From contig OY970340.1 of assembly GCA_963717465.1 (NCBI GenBank), forward strand, positions 2,592,001 to 2,656,000: a stretch of 64,000 bases of DNA, given 5' to 3'. Position 1 is the first letter of the stretch; each line of letters begins with the position of its first letter. Position numbers and translations under genes: made by a program. The stretch comes from Candidatus Bathyarchaeota archaeon. GTDB taxonomy: Archaea; Thermoproteota; Bathyarchaeia; Bathyarchaeales; Bathycorpusculaceae. This document shows positions 11,282 through 21,849 of the stretch, piece by piece. The notes beneath the pieces are model-generated. The model was not told the DNA's origin. It searched no databases and saw only the letters and a program-made list of their open reading frames with translations.

Positions 11282-12457
11282 ATGAAGGTTTGTTTTGTGA
11301 CGAGTATTTATCCTCCAAATCATTATGGTGGACCTGGAGAAGTCGTATCAAATCTTCAAAAATATTTTCTAAGTAATGGGATAGACTCATACGTTCTTAC
11401 CTGCGGGAGTGAAGATGGAAATTATCCCAAAACCTTTCGCAGCCTTGGTGGAAAACGCTTATTTCCCATAACAAGTCTACCTAAGTATCTTGGAAAAATT
11501 CGAAAGTTTAATTTTGATATTATCAGTCTCCATGGGGAAAGTGGAATGGGTATAGCCCCATTCCTTTTTCTAAATAAAAATTCCAAAGTAGTAACGACGC
11601 TACACACTGAATACTTAGCTGAAAGCCAAGCGACGAAAAATCAAGCCGTTAAGGGATTGGCAACTACTGCACTCAGCACTGAAGAGTTGCTAGTTAAGTA
11701 TTTTTTTACCCCATTAAAACTGATTGGTACGTACTTAGACATTTCTGTATCTGACAGAATCATTGCTGTTTCCAATCAAACTAAAAAGAACTATTTGCGC
11801 CAACACAACATGCATGGAAACAAGATTACTGTTATTCCCAATGGCGTTAATTGCGAAAAATTCAACCCTAATATTCCTGGAGACACAGTGAGAGAAAAAT
11901 ACAACATTGGCAACTCCTTTCTCGTCCTTCTCGTAGGTGGAGAATTAATTTTGAAAGGGATACCATTTGCACTTTCTGCAATTAATGAAGTTAAAAAAGT
12001 TATTCCTTCGGCAAAATTAATGATTGTCGGAATGAACTCCAAAAACAAAGCACGTATCGCTAGTACCATTAAAACCTTGAATAATCAGAAGGACGTTATT
12101 TTGGTAAATCGTATTCCAAATGAGCAGATGGCTTTATTTTATGCGGCTTCGGACATTGTGATTCTCCCCTCATTTTTCGAAAACTTTCCAGTTTCATTGT
12201 TGGAAGCAATGGCGTGTGCAAAGCCAATCGTCGCCTCTCAGGTTGGAGGAATACCCGAACTCGTCAAGAATTACGAAAATGGAATGTTAGTTGAGAGTGG
12301 TGATTTAAGCGAATGGACTAAAGCGATCATCTACCTCTTTCAAAATCCTTCCGAACGCAGGAGAATGGGTGAAAAGGGTAGAAAGACGGTTGAGGACAAA
12401 TATGACTGGAAAATAATAGGCAGCGCATACCTGAAAGAGTTCGAAAATTTAATTTAG
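11282..12457 (+). CDS. GT4 glycosyltransferase
   Basis: IPNGVN, KG motif, ENFPVSLLEAM. Confidence 0.9.
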   Translation: MKVCFVTSIYPPNHYGGPGEVVSNLQKYFLSNGIDSYVLTCGSEDGNYPKTFRSLGGKRLFPITSLPKYLGKIRKFNFDIISLHGESGMGIAPFLFLNKNSKVVTTLHTEYLAESQATKNQAVKGLATTALSTEELLVKYFFTPLKLIGTYLDISVSDRIIAVSNQTKKNYLRQHNMHGNKITVIPNGVNCEKFNPNIPGDTVREKYNIGNSFLVLLVGGELILKGIPFALSAINEVKKVIPSAKLMIVGMNSKNKARIASTIKTLNNQKDVILVNRIPNEQMALFYAASDIVILPSFFENFPVSLLEAMACAKPIVASQVGGIPELVKNYENGMLVESGDLSEWTKAIIYLFQNPSERRRMGEKGRKTVEDKYDWKIIGSAYLKEFENLI

Positions 12458-12565
12458 ATACGTTAATGATTTTGTCGCAATACAGTTTTACGTTCGTGTG
12501 TTAGATATCTTATCACCAAAGTGCTGATTAAAAAGTTAGTTTTTAGCAGGGTGGGAGAACCAGTT

Positions 12566-14035
12566 TTAGTTATTTAAAACGTTATTATTGGGATTGTTAG
12601 CATCATAAATGTTGTAATCAACGAGATTCGAAAAAGTATTTCCTGTATATACGTTACCTATTGAAGAAGCCCATGAGGGTAGCATTATGCCAACTAGTTG
12701 GGTTCTGCAAGAGCCTGATCTATCATCGCTTACAAAGTTCGCCGTAATACTGTTGTAATCTCCACAAATAAGTATGCCTGATTGCTCGTTAATATCTCCA
12801 ACATTTACCAATCCGTTATCAATAACGTAGTTTTCTATAACGTTATTATTGGTGCTGCCTGCTGCGATTTCTATTCCCCAACAATCACTTTGTGAAATGT
12901 GGTTTCCATTAATAATGTTGAAACTTCCGTTATCATCCAAGCAAATGCCAGCTGTGTTATAAGAAGCATTGGAACGAATTACTTTGGAAATCGTATTATT
13001 ATTCAAAGCATTAAATGATGAACCTACTTCTATTCCGTCGAAGCGGCTGTTTGTGATGTAATTGTTCAAAAGGTTGTTATTGTTGTAAGGTTCTGGAATA
13101 CCACTTGTGTTAATCACTATTCCGTCATTAGTGCTATTGATTTGGTTGTTGCATATTAGTGCTCCATAGCCATATGAAGCGCCATCACCCTCAACTGCAA
13201 TTCCGTATTCTGCGTTGCCGCCAATCCCCGTAGTTCCATTCAAGTCGTGGATATAGTTGGCTGCAATCGTTGAGTTGGCTTCATAAGTGCTTATTCCCAC
13301 ATCGCTGCAGCCGTAAATGTTATCGTTTATTGCATAATCACTTGAATATCCACTTAGTTGCACGCCATTTGCGCCGCAATTATAAATTGTGCTGTATATA
13401 ACGCCACTTCTTGTTGAGTTTACGGTGGTTGCGATTGCCCATGTACTTATTGTTACTCCGAAAACACGAACATCATAAACAGTGGCATTTTGCACCAAAT
13501 CGTTTGAGCCGGCAATCCAAATGCCTGATGGCGAACCGTCTAAAGAGGGGTTATTTGCTGCATTTCCATCAAGCGTAACACCGCTTATTACATCGTTATT
13601 GCTATTACTTAATTCTAAAACGCTTGCATTAAGGCCATTTGCGGCCAGAAGTTTTGTACCACTTTCAAAGTTTAAGAATACATTGTCAACATTTTGTATG
13701 ATCCAAGTTGATTGCACCAAATAGATTCCGCTTGTAACATCAATGCTGTAGCCAGCTGAGCAATTTCCTATGACATTACTAAACACTTGATAAGAAGACT
13801 CGCTTTGGAACAATACTTGCCCCGTTGTTCCGTTTACCATTTGGTAGTTTGAGCCAGAAACATTTATGACATAGTTGAAAGACTGCGGGATTGTTTGCTG
13901 CACGACCCTAAAGGATGAGATTGGAATATTTGATTCTGCTGTCGCATACGAAGGGCTTAATAGTAGAGTCACTATGCATAAGGCGCCTACCATTAAGCAA
14001 ATTTTAGTATTCAATCGGCTAAATCCTCTTGGCAA
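12566..14035 (-). CDS. secreted right-handed parallel beta-helix (pectin lyase-like) protein
   Basis: N-terminal signal/TM segment; repeated GI-x-I and N-N-x-I units; Asn/Gly/Ser rich. Confidence 0.8.
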   Translation of the reverse strand: MPRGFSRLNTKICLMVGALCIVTLLLSPSYATAESNIPISSFRVVQQTIPQSFNYVINVSGSNYQMVNGTTGQVLFQSESSYQVFSNVIGNCSAGYSIDVTSGIYLVQSTWIIQNVDNVFLNFESGTKLLAANGLNASVLELSNSNNDVISGVTLDGNAANNPSLDGSPSGIWIAGSNDLVQNATVYDVRVFGVTISTWAIATTVNSTRSGVIYSTIYNCGANGVQLSGYSSDYAINDNIYGCSDVGISTYEANSTIAANYIHDLNGTTGIGGNAEYGIAVEGDGASYGYGALICNNQINSTNDGIVINTSGIPEPYNNNNLLNNYITNSRFDGIEVGSSFNALNNNTISKVIRSNASYNTAGICLDDNGSFNIINGNHISQSDCWGIEIAAGSTNNNVIENYVIDNGLVNVGDINEQSGILICGDYNSITANFVSDDRSGSCRTQLVGIMLPSWASSIGNVYTGNTFSNLVDYNIYDANNPNNNVLNN

Positions 14036-14242
14036 TCGGTGTCGTATGCAACATTTCAGGTTATCTTTTTTATTGCTATTAATACTTACTACTTAAGACT
14101 TCCCATGCCCGTGTCCAACACAAATACATTAACAAACAACATAGCCAAATTACCCAAAATCAAACCATAGCAAATTATTCGCCAGGGAGCAACTGTCTGG
14201 TTTTTCTAAAGAGGAAATGCGGCGCTTCGGGAGCAAAATCAA

Positions 14243-14857
14243 ATGGACCTTCAAAAGTATAAAGTTGTACTCGTAACCATCATTCTCATAGTTGCATTGT
14301 TTGTTTCTTCTTCTGCGTTGGAGATGATTTTAGCATATCCCTCAGCGCAATCAGCTTCATTCACTGAACTTTGGCTTTTAGGTCCAGAGCACAAAGCAGA
14401 AAATTACCCTTACGATATTACATTGAATGAGAACTATTCAGTGTACTTAGGCATCGCTGACCAATTGGGATATTACGCTTACTATCAAGTTGAAGTTAAA
14501 TTCTGCAACCTAACTCAGCAAGCCCCAAATACTCTTAATGATTCTTCAAGCAGTCAACCGTCACTCTACAACATGAGCCTTTGCGTTCCAAACGATCAAA
14601 GCTTAGAAATACCAATAACATTCTCCTTCAACTACACTTACGACCCATTCAGCGCACAAATCAATTTTAACCAATTAACATTTAATGGTTTGCCCCTGGA
14701 CCTTGAAGGATACTCAACAACATGGAATTCACAAAGAAGCGCTTTCTATGGCATTTTATTCTTTGAACTATGGATATACAACAGCACCACAGGCACCTTC
14801 CAGTATAACGACCGCTACGTCAGCATACAACTTAACATGACGGAGACGGAGGAATAG
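14243..14857 (+). CDS. DUF1616-like membrane-anchored protein
   Basis: N-terminal TM, FTELWLLGP...AENYP motif. Confidence 0.7.
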   Translation: MDLQKYKVVLVTIILIVALFVSSSALEMILAYPSAQSASFTELWLLGPEHKAENYPYDITLNENYSVYLGIADQLGYYAYYQVEVKFCNLTQQAPNTLNDSSSSQPSLYNMSLCVPNDQSLEIPITFSFNYTYDPFSAQINFNQLTFNGLPLDLEGYSTTWNSQRSAFYGILFFELWIYNSTTGTFQYNDRYVSIQLNMTETEE

Positions 14858-15040
14858 CAATAACAAAATAGAAACTTCCTTACCGTGTTGAATGCTTTTT
14901 TTGATTTTCAACGTTTTATATTTTTAAAAATTGCTCGATCATTCTTGAAAAATAACTTTGAGTTTAAACTTTGTTTAATCCACTGTTTTTAAGAAGTTAG
15001 TAACTTTCTCGCGTATTTCATTGTCTTGGCAGACCATGTT

Positions 15041-15334
15041 TTACTCGTGGATTTTTGTTTTAACACTAAAATCGGCCTCAAAGTTCCTTGGGCTAATCTG
15101 CCGCGTTTTGGCATCCGTCAGCTCAAATTTGCCGCTTAAAGCTTTAAACTGTTTCTTAAAACCGTCCACATAGTCCAATACGCCGCATCCATAACAGAAA
15201 CCGCCAGTAAACGAAATTGTTAGCGTTGATTTCGAGATAAAAACGAGCTTAGCAGTGACTTGAGGGCTTTTTAGCCTATTAAATAGTAGGATTGCTTTGC
15301 GAACAATGCTCTCTAGCTCTGTATCTGATTGCAT
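15041..15334 (-). CDS. hypothetical protein with CxxC-like (CYGC) motif
   Basis: 97-aa ORF downstream of pyrK, FTGGFCYGCG. Confidence 0.7.
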   Translation of the reverse strand: MQSDTELESIVRKAILLFNRLKSPQVTAKLVFISKSTLTISFTGGFCYGCGVLDYVDGFKKQFKALSGKFELTDAKTRQISPRNFEADFSVKTKIHE

Positions 15335-15352
15335 GATTGCTTGATCACAAGA

Positions 15353-16180
15353 CTATACGGGGATTCTGCTGCCGTCAAAGCTGAGTTTGGACATGCCTAA
15401 TTCATCTTTGATTTCATTCAGTTGGGCAGAGGTGAAAATTGGGCCATCCCTGCAAACGCGGTATTTTCCAATCATGCAGCTTCCGCATAGACCGATTCCA
15501 CAGCGCATTAACCGTTCTAAGCTTGCTTCCATCGGCAATTTAAGATGCCGTGTGGCGTCAAAAATTTTTTTTATCATTGTTTCTGGACCGCAAGTGTATA
15601 TCATGTCAAATTTTTCTTGCCGCAATAATTCGGTGACAGGTTCGGTTACTAAGCATTGCAATCCATAGGTTCCGTCTTCTGTGGCGGTTACAAGGCTTTT
15701 TGTAGAGCACACTCCGTTAAGCTCATCTAGAAATAAGAGTTCATCTTTGGTTTTGGCACCAACAGCAAAGTGTAAACGTTCAGTTTTCTGTGAAAGTTGT
15801 TTTGCGAGAAATAAAAGTGGTGCAGTACCTGTTCCTCCACCAATAAGAAGGACTCGACCTCGACTCTGAGTGAAACTGTTTCCAAAGGGTCCACGTATGC
15901 CCACTGTTTCGCCAGCTTGCATGTTGTGAAGATGTCTTGTTGCATCGCCTACAGCCTTGACTGATACAGAAATCAACCTATCATGGGCATCTAGAACGCT
16001 TAATGGAATTTCATCTACGCCTGGAATCCAGAGCATGATAAATTGTCCAGGTTTAGCTCTGGCACAGAGCTTGTCAGGCATAACAAACGTTTTTACTGTT
16101 GGACTTTCTGTTTCTATTCGAACTATTTGAGTCATTCTTAAAGTATTATTTGCGGTGAGATAAGTTGACATTAACATCAC
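15353..16180 (-). CDS. pyrK: dihydroorotate dehydrogenase electron transfer subunit
   Basis: PGQF, RGPFG, GGGTG, CGP, CGIGLCGSC...VC 2Fe-2S motif; near pyrD. Confidence 0.9.
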   Translation of the reverse strand: MMLMSTYLTANNTLRMTQIVRIETESPTVKTFVMPDKLCARAKPGQFIMLWIPGVDEIPLSVLDAHDRLISVSVKAVGDATRHLHNMQAGETVGIRGPFGNSFTQSRGRVLLIGGGTGTAPLLFLAKQLSQKTERLHFAVGAKTKDELLFLDELNGVCSTKSLVTATEDGTYGLQCLVTEPVTELLRQEKFDMIYTCGPETMIKKIFDATRHLKLPMEASLERLMRCGIGLCGSCMIGKYRVCRDGPIFTSAQLNEIKDELGMSKLSFDGSRIPV

Positions 16181-16350
16181 TCTTTATGATACTGCATCCT
16201 TTCTTTAGGCATTCGCAAGGATAAAAAAAATTACGTTAACGTCGTAATATGCCTTTGCTTTAAGATGTTTTAATGCATGAAAGAAGTTATTTTGGGTTGA
16301 TTTCATTCTAGTCTTATTTGCGTACGATATAAAATTTTAGTTTACTTTTA

Positions 16351-16445
16351 AAAAGTTATAAAGTTGACTATATACAAAAGTTATAAAGAAGTTAAATACA
16401 TATTTACTATACACATTAATATTTAGTTTGTGAAAGGAGGTTGAA
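16351..16445 (+). promoter_or_regulatory. duplicated BRE-TATA element and SD upstream of the SDR gene
   Basis: AAAAGTTATAAAG at 16351-16363 and 16376-16388; AGGAGG before ATG 16448. Confidence 0.55.
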
Positions 16446-16447
16446 GA

Positions 16448-17215
16448 ATGGGAAAATTAGATAATAAAGTGTGCATTATAACTGGTGCTGGTTCTGGGAT
16501 TGGAAAGGAAATTGCGATGCTGTTTGCTGCTGAAGGCTGTAAGGTTGTCGGCACTGATATTTTTCAGGACAGGCTTGATGAGCTTAAAGCTGAAATTAAA
16601 GCGAAAGGTGGAGAAATAACAACGCTCATTTCAAATGTAGCAAAAGAAGAAGACGTAGAAAACATGATAAAAGTCGCAACAACCACTTATGGAACATTAG
16701 ATATCTTAGTAAACAATGCTGGCATCATGGATTATTTTGGCGCAGTTCATGAAGTTGATAATGCGATGTTGGAAAGACTAATGAAAATTAATTTTGAGGG
16801 CCCCTTCAAAGCAATGCGCAGTGCTATTAAAAATGTTTTTCTTCCGAAAGGCTCTGGCGTCATAGTTAATCTTGCTTCAAAGGCTGGTATTAGCGGAGGT
16901 ACAGGTGGTGCAGCATATACTGCAAGCAAATGGGCAATAGTCGGGTTAACAAAAAATACAGGATTTTTATACCGCAACTCAGGCATACGATGTAACGCAA
17001 TCGCTCCAGGCGCTGTTCAAACGAATATTGATTCAAGTATAGATCACAGTAGAGAGGGCATGTTTGTTGAAGACATCAATTATGGAGTAGCAATGAGCCC
17101 AGGAATGGCCCAACCTGACCAAATAGCAAAAGTTGCATTGTTCTTAGCGAGCGACGATTCTGCGTTCATGAATGGTCAAATTCTTCCAGTAGATGGCGGC
17201 TGGAGTGCTTATTAA
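16448..17215 (+). CDS. classical SDR oxidoreductase
   Basis: TGAGSGIG, NNAG, YTASK, VDGG. Confidence 0.9.
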   Translation: MGKLDNKVCIITGAGSGIGKEIAMLFAAEGCKVVGTDIFQDRLDELKAEIKAKGGEITTLISNVAKEEDVENMIKVATTTYGTLDILVNNAGIMDYFGAVHEVDNAMLERLMKINFEGPFKAMRSAIKNVFLPKGSGVIVNLASKAGISGGTGGAAYTASKWAIVGLTKNTGFLYRNSGIRCNAIAPGAVQTNIDSSIDHSREGMFVEDINYGVAMSPGMAQPDQIAKVALFLASDDSAFMNGQILPVDGGWSAY

Positions 17216-17379
17216 GGCACATAAATAGAATCATATTTTTCTTTTTTTCTATTTTATAGAACTTTGCAAGCCTAATTACTTATTGATTCAGAGCTTTTAA
17301 AGGTAAAACAACAAATGGAAGCATATGTGTAATGTCTTTATTTTGTTGGATCGACAGCCGGCACCCTAGAACTAGGGTT

Positions 17380-18315
17380 TTACCCGTTCTTGTGTGCTAA
17401 GCCGATAGCTTCTTCGATGTTTTTTAAATGCTTCTTTCTTAAATAAGCATCTATTCCTTTGTTTATTTCTTGGAAAACCTGCATGCCTTCAAAGGCTATT
17501 GCAGTGCCAATTTGAACTGCGCAGGCTCCGGCTAATAGAAACTCGATTGCGTCTTGCCAATTTGATATTCCACCGCAGCCTATTATTGGCGTGTTTAATT
17601 TTTCATGTATTTCATATACGCATCTTAGCGCTATTGGTTTTATGGCTGGACCTGACAGCCCACCTTTAATGTTACTTAATATTGGATGAGTTGTTTCGGC
17701 ATCAATAGCCATTGCTTTTACAGTGTTAACCGCGGTTATTGCGTCTGCTCCAGCTTTAACTGCGACTTCAGCGATTTCAACGATGTCAGAAACGTTGGGT
17801 GAAAGCTTTACAATTATTGGCTTTTGGACTGACGACCTGACTTTTTCAACTACTTCTTTTAGAATTTTCGGGTTTGCACCTATTTCTGAACCAGTCTGCT
17901 TCACATGCGGACATGAAACGTTTAGTTCAATAGCGTCTGCACCTGCTTCAACTGTTTTTTGAGCAACCGTGGCATATTCTTCCGCAGTATAACCGAAGAC
18001 ACTCACTATTAGGGGCGCATGCACAAGAGTTTTAATGTATTTTATTTCACCTGCAAACTCAGCTATGCCGGGGTTTGGCAAGCCCATAGCGTTGATTAAT
18101 CCATTTTCAGTTTGAACCACAGTTGGATTAGCGTAGCCAATTCTTGGCTCCAGTCCGACTGATTTGGAGACCACTGCTCCTGCACCGCTTTTTACGATTT
18201 GCAACATAGATTCTGCGGTGTAACCGAGTATTCCGGAAGCTAGAATAGTCGGATTTTTAAGCTCTAATGAACATATTTTTGTGCTTAAAGGATTGTTTTG
18301 CAATTTTTCACTCAT
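17380..18315 (-). CDS. pyrD: dihydroorotate dehydrogenase (family 1B) catalytic subunit
   Basis: NAMGLPNPG, ELNVSCPH, KLSPN, GGLSG. Confidence 0.93.
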   Translation of the reverse strand: MSEKLQNNPLSTKICSLELKNPTILASGILGYTAESMLQIVKSGAGAVVSKSVGLEPRIGYANPTVVQTENGLINAMGLPNPGIAEFAGEIKYIKTLVHAPLIVSVFGYTAEEYATVAQKTVEAGADAIELNVSCPHVKQTGSEIGANPKILKEVVEKVRSSVQKPIIVKLSPNVSDIVEIAEVAVKAGADAITAVNTVKAMAIDAETTHPILSNIKGGLSGPAIKPIALRCVYEIHEKLNTPIIGCGGISNWQDAIEFLLAGACAVQIGTAIAFEGMQVFQEINKGIDAYLRKKHLKNIEEAIGLAHKNG

Positions 18316-18420
18316 TCACAATTAATTCAAGTATATTTAAAGAAATAAATGTTCGTTAGCTAAGAAAATGATTTTTCCTTAGCGGAAAATGATAAGCTTG
18401 CTCGTGATTTCTGGGGGAAG

Positions 18421-18636
18421 CTATTTTTTCTTTTTGAACTGGTCCGCTTCTAATTCTTCGCCGCTTAGGAGAAATTTCAACGATTTGACTTCATCCCGTA
18501 GCATGGTGATTTCGCTTTCCAAAGCTTTTGCTTTTGCTTCCGCCATTCTTTTTAATTCTTCAATTTCAACAAGAAGATTTTTTCTTTCAGCTTCTAAAGC
18601 TTTTATACGTTCCACTGTAGTTTTAAAATTACTCAT
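18421..18636 (-). CDS. small coiled-coil protein
   Basis: 71 aa with heptad E/K/L pattern. Confidence 0.65.
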   Translation of the reverse strand: MSNFKTTVERIKALEAERKNLLVEIEELKRMAEAKAKALESEITMLRDEVKSLKFLLSGEELEADQFKKKK

Positions 18637-18805
18637 TATTCCCCACTCGGCACTACACCTAATTGCTTGGTAAAACTTAAGACTTTTGGGTTTAGGGACT
18701 TGTTTAACCTCGGAAAAGAGTTATTATTTTAAAGAATACTACATTTTTATATGAGAATAAGCAGTTTTAATTAACTGTTTATGCTTACTTGTTGGATGAA
18801 CCTAA

Positions 18806-20113
18806 ATGAGGAAAACCATATTCAAGAAGCTTGAAGCCCAGGGGCTAATAGCAAATTATAATAGGTTAAGAAAAAATTTGCCACCTAAACTCCCTGAGCG
18901 AACATTCATTTGGGATGAAACATTCAAAGAAGGCATAAAATCACCCACGATTTACTTGACTTATTTTGAACAGGTTAAGCTTGCAAAGTTAATGGATGAA
19001 GTGGGTATTTCTATCATCAACGTTGGTTTTCCAGCCTTATCTGAAGAGGAAAAACGTAATGTTAAACGCATCGTAAATGAAAGTTTTTCCCACGCTAAAC
19101 TTACAGCTTCAGCAGACCCAACAAAGAACAGCATTGATGCATGTTTAGAATGCGGTATAAAGGAGATAACCATTGAATCGCCCGTTAATGGTTTAAATCT
19201 TCAATACCGGTTAAAAACTACTAAAGCGCAAATTCTAAAAAAAATTGAAGAAAGCATCGATTACGCTCGAAAACATGGTGCAGAAGTAAATTTCGTCTTA
19301 ATTGACGGCACGAGAACGCCGCTTGAAGACATTTTAGAAACGTTTCAGTTAGCAGTTAAAGCTGGAGCAACCAAACTGGTAATTGCTGATTCTGTTGGTT
19401 TTATAAGACCATTATCGATGCGTTACCTCATATCACACATCAGTGATGGGTTGCCTGATTCAATCCGAAAAAAGGTGCCGCTTTCAATTCACTGCCACAA
19501 TGATTTCGGTTTGGCAACGGCAAACACGCTAGCTGCCGTGGAGGAAGGCGTATCTTACTTACATACGTGCATCGCTGGGTTTTGGGGGACGCGCAGGAAT
19601 AGCACCGTTTGAAGAGGTTGTTACAGCAACAGAACTGCTCTATAATATTGACACAGGAATTGATCTTGGAAAAATAACTAGGCTAGCTCAAGCTGCCGAA
19701 AAAGGATTTGCCTTGCCCATTCAATTTCACAAGCCGATAATCGGCGAAAACATCTTCGCCCAAGAAGTAGAAAAAGAAGTTGACGAAATGTTAGAGCATC
19801 CATTGGTTTATGTGCCATATCCGCCTGAAATTGTTGGGACGAGAAACAAGTGTTTTTATCGGAAGAAACACTAGTCACGCTGTTAATTCAGCAACTTTTG
19901 GAAAAAGCAGGAATTAGAGCATCACCTCGGCAAATGGATGAGGTATTTAGGCGTATTAAAGGTCCTAGTGAAGGCTTAGATAAAGGCGAAGCCCAAATGA
20001 CCTATTACCAAGTGAAAAAGTTAATGAAAGATTTGCAGAAGGGGTATACGATGGATGAATTCTGGCGTTTAGTGGAGCAAGTAACAAGGCAAAAACCAAA
20101 GCTGCTTACCTAA
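18806..20113 (+). CDS. homocitrate/isopropylmalate synthase-like (DRE-TIM) protein, split by several frameshifts, divergent active site
   Basis: ADSVG, HCHNDFGLATANTLAA; other frames give APFEEVV, HKPIIGENIF, YVPYPPEIVG. Confidence 0.8.
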
Positions 20114-20141
20114 AACATCGCCAAAAGAATTATCCATGCAA

Positions 20142-21173
20142 TCATCTGAAGCAAGTCCAAGCTAACTTAAAGCCTAATTGCTGTTTTATTTTTTCTTTTT
20201 CTTTAAAGGACATAATTTTGGGATAATTGTAGAATGGCCCGCTTGGCTTTTCGTTATAGAAGGGGCGGTTACAATTGGGACATCCTGAAGTTAAGAAAGG
20301 AACTCCAGTTTCAACTATTTTTTCTAACTGCCCTTTTTTAAGCCCGAAACTCGTTATTTTTCCTGCTTCGTCGAAGCCAAAACTTTCGCAGCGTGATGAG
20401 CCTTTAACTATCAAGAATCTAGCTAATTGCACTCGTCGGTAAGCTTCAATTTTAGGCTGAGCACTATTTTCCAGCGCTGTGCCTTTTATGGGTGTAAAAG
20501 CAAACAAGGCAGGCAAAACATTCATATCAAAACATGCCTGAATAGCTGTAACAGCGTCTTTCTCAGTTTCACCCAAACCCACAATCAAATGTGTGCTTAC
20601 GTTTCCTTTTCCCAAGAGTTTAGTCGCCATTTCTAATTGTTTAAACTGGTTTTGCCAAGTGTAACAGCCTCCAGCATCTAAACCCTTAACTTTATTGAAT
20701 AAAACCTCTGATGATGCATCTAAAGCGATTCCAAGACGGTTTACGCCTGCTTGTACAAGGAGCTGAATGTTTTTCGCAGTTTGAGGTTGGCATGAAACTG
20801 AAACTTCAATTGAAGACTTATTCTTTAATTCTTTAACTATTGCTTCAAGATGTTGGAAAACATTAGGATAATTCAGTGCTTGAATACACACACGTTTTAT
20901 TTTGCCTTGTTCAAACGCAGTTTTAATCGCAATTATCACGTTTAATGTTGGAAACGTTGGCCATGAAACTCTTGAAAGCAGTTCTGCTTTGCTTTGGCTT
21001 TTTCTGGCTTGAGGGCAAAATCCACAGTTTGCAGTACACTTGCCAGCATTATAAGTCATCAAGTATGCTGCTGTAGGTTCAGCATCAAGTTTACCCTCTG
21101 CCAAGCCTATGACAATAGCTGTCCCCGTTGAAACCCGTATTTGCAAAGGCAAACTTGTTTCTTTTTCAAGCAA
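20142..21173 (-). CDS. lipS2: radical SAM protein, archaeal lipoyl synthase subunit LipS2 type
   Basis: CTANCGFC (CxxxCxxC) plus TSGCPNCNRP, matching the TxGCPxC(N/D)RP LipS2 signature. Confidence 0.8.
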   Translation of the reverse strand: MLEKETSLPLQIRVSTGTAIVIGLAEGKLDAEPTAAYLMTYNAGKCTANCGFCPQARKSQSKAELLSRVSWPTFPTLNVIIAIKTAFEQGKIKRVCIQALNYPNVFQHLEAIVKELKNKSSIEVSVSCQPQTAKNIQLLVQAGVNRLGIALDASSEVLFNKVKGLDAGGCYTWQNQFKQLEMATKLLGKGNVSTHLIVGLGETEKDAVTAIQACFDMNVLPALFAFTPIKGTALENSAQPKIEAYRRVQLARFLIVKGSSRCESFGFDEAGKITSFGLKKGQLEKIVETGVPFLTSGCPNCNRPFYNEKPSGPFYNYPKIMSFKEKEKIKQQLGFKLAWTCFR

Positions 21174-21311
21174 TATGGTACACCGCTGGACTTATGAGAA
21201 GTGTACAAGTGGAATGTATATTAGTTTTAGGTTAAGAATGAGCGTTTTCCTATTGTTTTTGAATAAAAAAGATGATATGTGAGCACTTATAAGATAATTT
21301 TACCTACGTAA

Positions 21312-21707
21312 TTAGTATTCAACGTCTGGGAGAGCTTTTGCAAGGTCAGCCATGTGTCCTAAAGCTTTAACATTCTTCATCATCTTGGAGAACGGTCCTT
21401 CAATCTTGTATTTTCCGGTAACTGATGCCTTCTGAGCATTAATAGTACCTTGAATTACTCCAGCCCAAGTTATGTAGTCAGCCTTAAACTTGAAGTCAAC
21501 TGGCTCCTCAGCATTCCCCGGCTTAACAGAAACCTTACCATGATCCCACGTAGCAATCCAAGTCATCGGACCAGTATCTGTTGGTTTATCAGTGAAGATA
21601 TAAGCCCACTTCTCCGTCATATTCGCCTCATTCATAATCTTATCATCACTCATAGCCTTAGACCATAAATCATAATACGCTTGCGTAGCATACTTTACTT
21701 TCGCCAT
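21312..21707 (-). CDS. SCP2 sterol/acyl-chain-binding domain protein
   Basis: VDFKFKADYITW...GTINAQKASVTGKYKIEG; strong AGGAGGTGA SD. Confidence 0.8.
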   Translation of the reverse strand: MAKVKYATQAYYDLWSKAMSDDKIMNEANMTEKWAYIFTDKPTDTGPMTWIATWDHGKVSVKPGNAEEPVDFKFKADYITWAGVIQGTINAQKASVTGKYKIEGPFSKMMKNVKALGHMADLAKALPDVEY

Positions 21708-21849
21708 CTTGTCACCTCCTCAACTATCCAACCAATGGTTGCCTATCGCTTATTCTAAAAAGCAAATATAAGGCTTACTTTAGTTAGCGCTTGCAGAAAA
21801 GCACTAACCAAGCTTTTTTACTGTATATTGGTTTAATCTGAATATTGTG

